Assembly (NCBI RefSeq): GCF_964355755.1
Contig: NC_092678.1
Coordinates: forward strand, 6,712,422-6,776,421
Source: Antedon mediterranea
Taxonomy: Eukaryota > Animalia > Echinodermata
Direction: 5' to 3'
Length of the DNA stretch: 64,000 nucleotides
Below the pieces are notes generated by a model. That model was not told where the DNA came from. It saw nothing but the letters and a program-made list of their open reading frames with translations, and made no database searches. This document shows, in pieces, positions 62,376-64,000 of the stretch. Every line of letters begins with the position of its first letter. Position 1 is the first letter of the stretch. Position numbers and translations under genes: made by a program.

Positions 62376-63599
62376 ACCAAGCCTTTTCACAACTGTAATC
62401 TTTCTAAGTCATTCACTCATTATTATATATATATATTTTTATATGTTGCGATATAGTATTTTTAAATTTTTGTCTATGTTCGATGTTCTATTCGTATTTT
62501 TATCAGATCTTGTATTTTTGTATTCATGACTTTCTATATTTATAATTGTTTGAGAGCTTGTCAACGAAACGAATTTCCTTTTGGACCAATACATTTCTGT
62601 ATTCTGTATTCAATTCAATTATTTCTGAATCTGTGATACAAAAAGTAAAATTACGTATACATTAATTAAAAATAAACAAGACTGTACTAATTACTATTAC
62701 TCATGTAAGGAAGACTTTCCACCCGGAGAGAATCTTTGACGTATATGAGACGTTGTCTAAACAAATATTTTCACTTGAATTGAGTCTACACCAGGCCATA
62801 TATCGATTTTCTTAAAAAATCATAAAAGGAAAGAATTCTACAATCCGTAAACATGAGGCTGGCACTACAAGCATGAAGGAACTAAATCCCTCATTGATAT
62901 ACTGGAGTTTAATTAATTATTTAATTAACACATTTATAACCGCAACAGATTAGGAAATCTATAGCTGTGAGAAGGAGAAAGTTGAGGCGGATTTTTCTCA
63001 TTCTCAGATTTCCTCATTTTTACCGTTTTTAATGTACAGTATAACAAAATCATGGTTATATACAAATTTATTTCATTCTCAAATTTAGTTTATTTGAACC
63101 AAGGTAGTTCACAGTTATGTATATTGTAATGAGTGACTCCTGTACGGGGCGCCGTATGGGACATTGCTAATTTTGTCGTCCTGCACCTTATACCTATCAT
63201 GACACACCTGGCGAAAGGTGAATATGTCGCACGCTTTACTGAAATTGACTCGACTTTAAAAAATCCGAAACATTCTTGATTACAGGCAGCCTACTATGCT
63301 TGGCATGTATCATCTACTCGACATGCATTCTACAGAATTTACACGATTAGATGATGTATCGTAGTTATTCATTCAGTAAAAACACGAAAGGATACGAAAT
63401 GTTTTCGATCATTTAGAACGATAAAACAAGACTATTAAGACCAAAATAAACCGAAAACTGACGAATACAAGGGGCGCAAGGCCACAGCCTTCCCTCCCTC
63501 ATTCGCAGTTAAAATGAAATTATGTAAAATACTGTATAAAAGAATGATAGGTCAGAATATAAATTTAAATGGTAACCTCCCCCAACCCCTCGATCAGAA

Positions 63600-64000
63600 A
63601 ACACATGGATGTTTTGCTTTATCTGTATTTAAATGTTGGTTTGAAGAAATGTCGCAAGAAAACACCATGGAATCCTCTCTCTTTTATTTGGAGTAAAATT
63701 GAAAAAAAAACTGTTTTAAATTGTTTTAGAATCAATTGAAGACAAATAAAACATTCGATTCGTTTTGGAAATATAAGGAAAGCAGATTATTAAAAGATCA
63801 GGAATTAAAAACAATTTCCGTATCATAAACAAAATGAGTATTTATGACCTGCAGTTTGTTCAATAAAATGTTTAATTGTTTTAGAATCAATTTGAGACAA
63901 TAAAACATTCGCTTACTTTTGAAAAGATGAGGAAAACTTCATATTTTTGATAATTGTTAGAAACTGAAAATAATTTCCGGATAAAAAAATGAGTATTTTG
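63600..64000. repeat. Degenerate tandem repeat running to the window end
   Basis: TGTTT(T)AA(A)TTGTTTTAGAATCAATT...TAAAACATTCG...TTTTG at ~63712 and ~63869. Both units end in AAAATGAGTATTT. Confidence 0.7.

Noticed and set aside
61955-62529. His/Cys/Gln-rich, Ser-rich and Met-rich ORFs
   Set aside because: They are alternative frames of the same trinucleotide-based repeat.

Overview
AT-rich animal genomic DNA with spliceosomal introns. It is probably from a marine invertebrate deuterostome such as an echinoderm; this is an inference from gene and repeat content only. Two tandem gene arrays face each other head-to-head. Left (minus strand, 1-23.7 kb): four paralogous thrombospondin type-1 (TSP1/TSR) repeat membrane proteins, one running off the window edge. 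All have kappaB-like sites in conserved upstream blocks, and two have a conserved second exon, missing from the ORF track, that encodes the cytoplasmic tail. These are followed by a three-Ig-domain type I receptor with a single coding exon. Right (plus strand, 28.3-59.6 kb): six three-exon rolling stone (rost)/FAR-17a-AIG1-like multipass membrane protein genes with identical intron phases. All six have Ser where the family normally has the Thr of the Y-L-T-x-W motif. Intergenic and intronic DNA holds a 5'-truncated L2/CR1-group LINE nested in a MITE, a non-autonomous hAT element, a 3.3-kb TIR element with a 3-bp TSD, several PIF/Harbinger-type MITE families, a 5S+tRNA-headed Deu-domain-like SINE, tiny palindromes flanked by 7-bp duplications (candidate P-element excision footprints), and several mini- and microsatellites.
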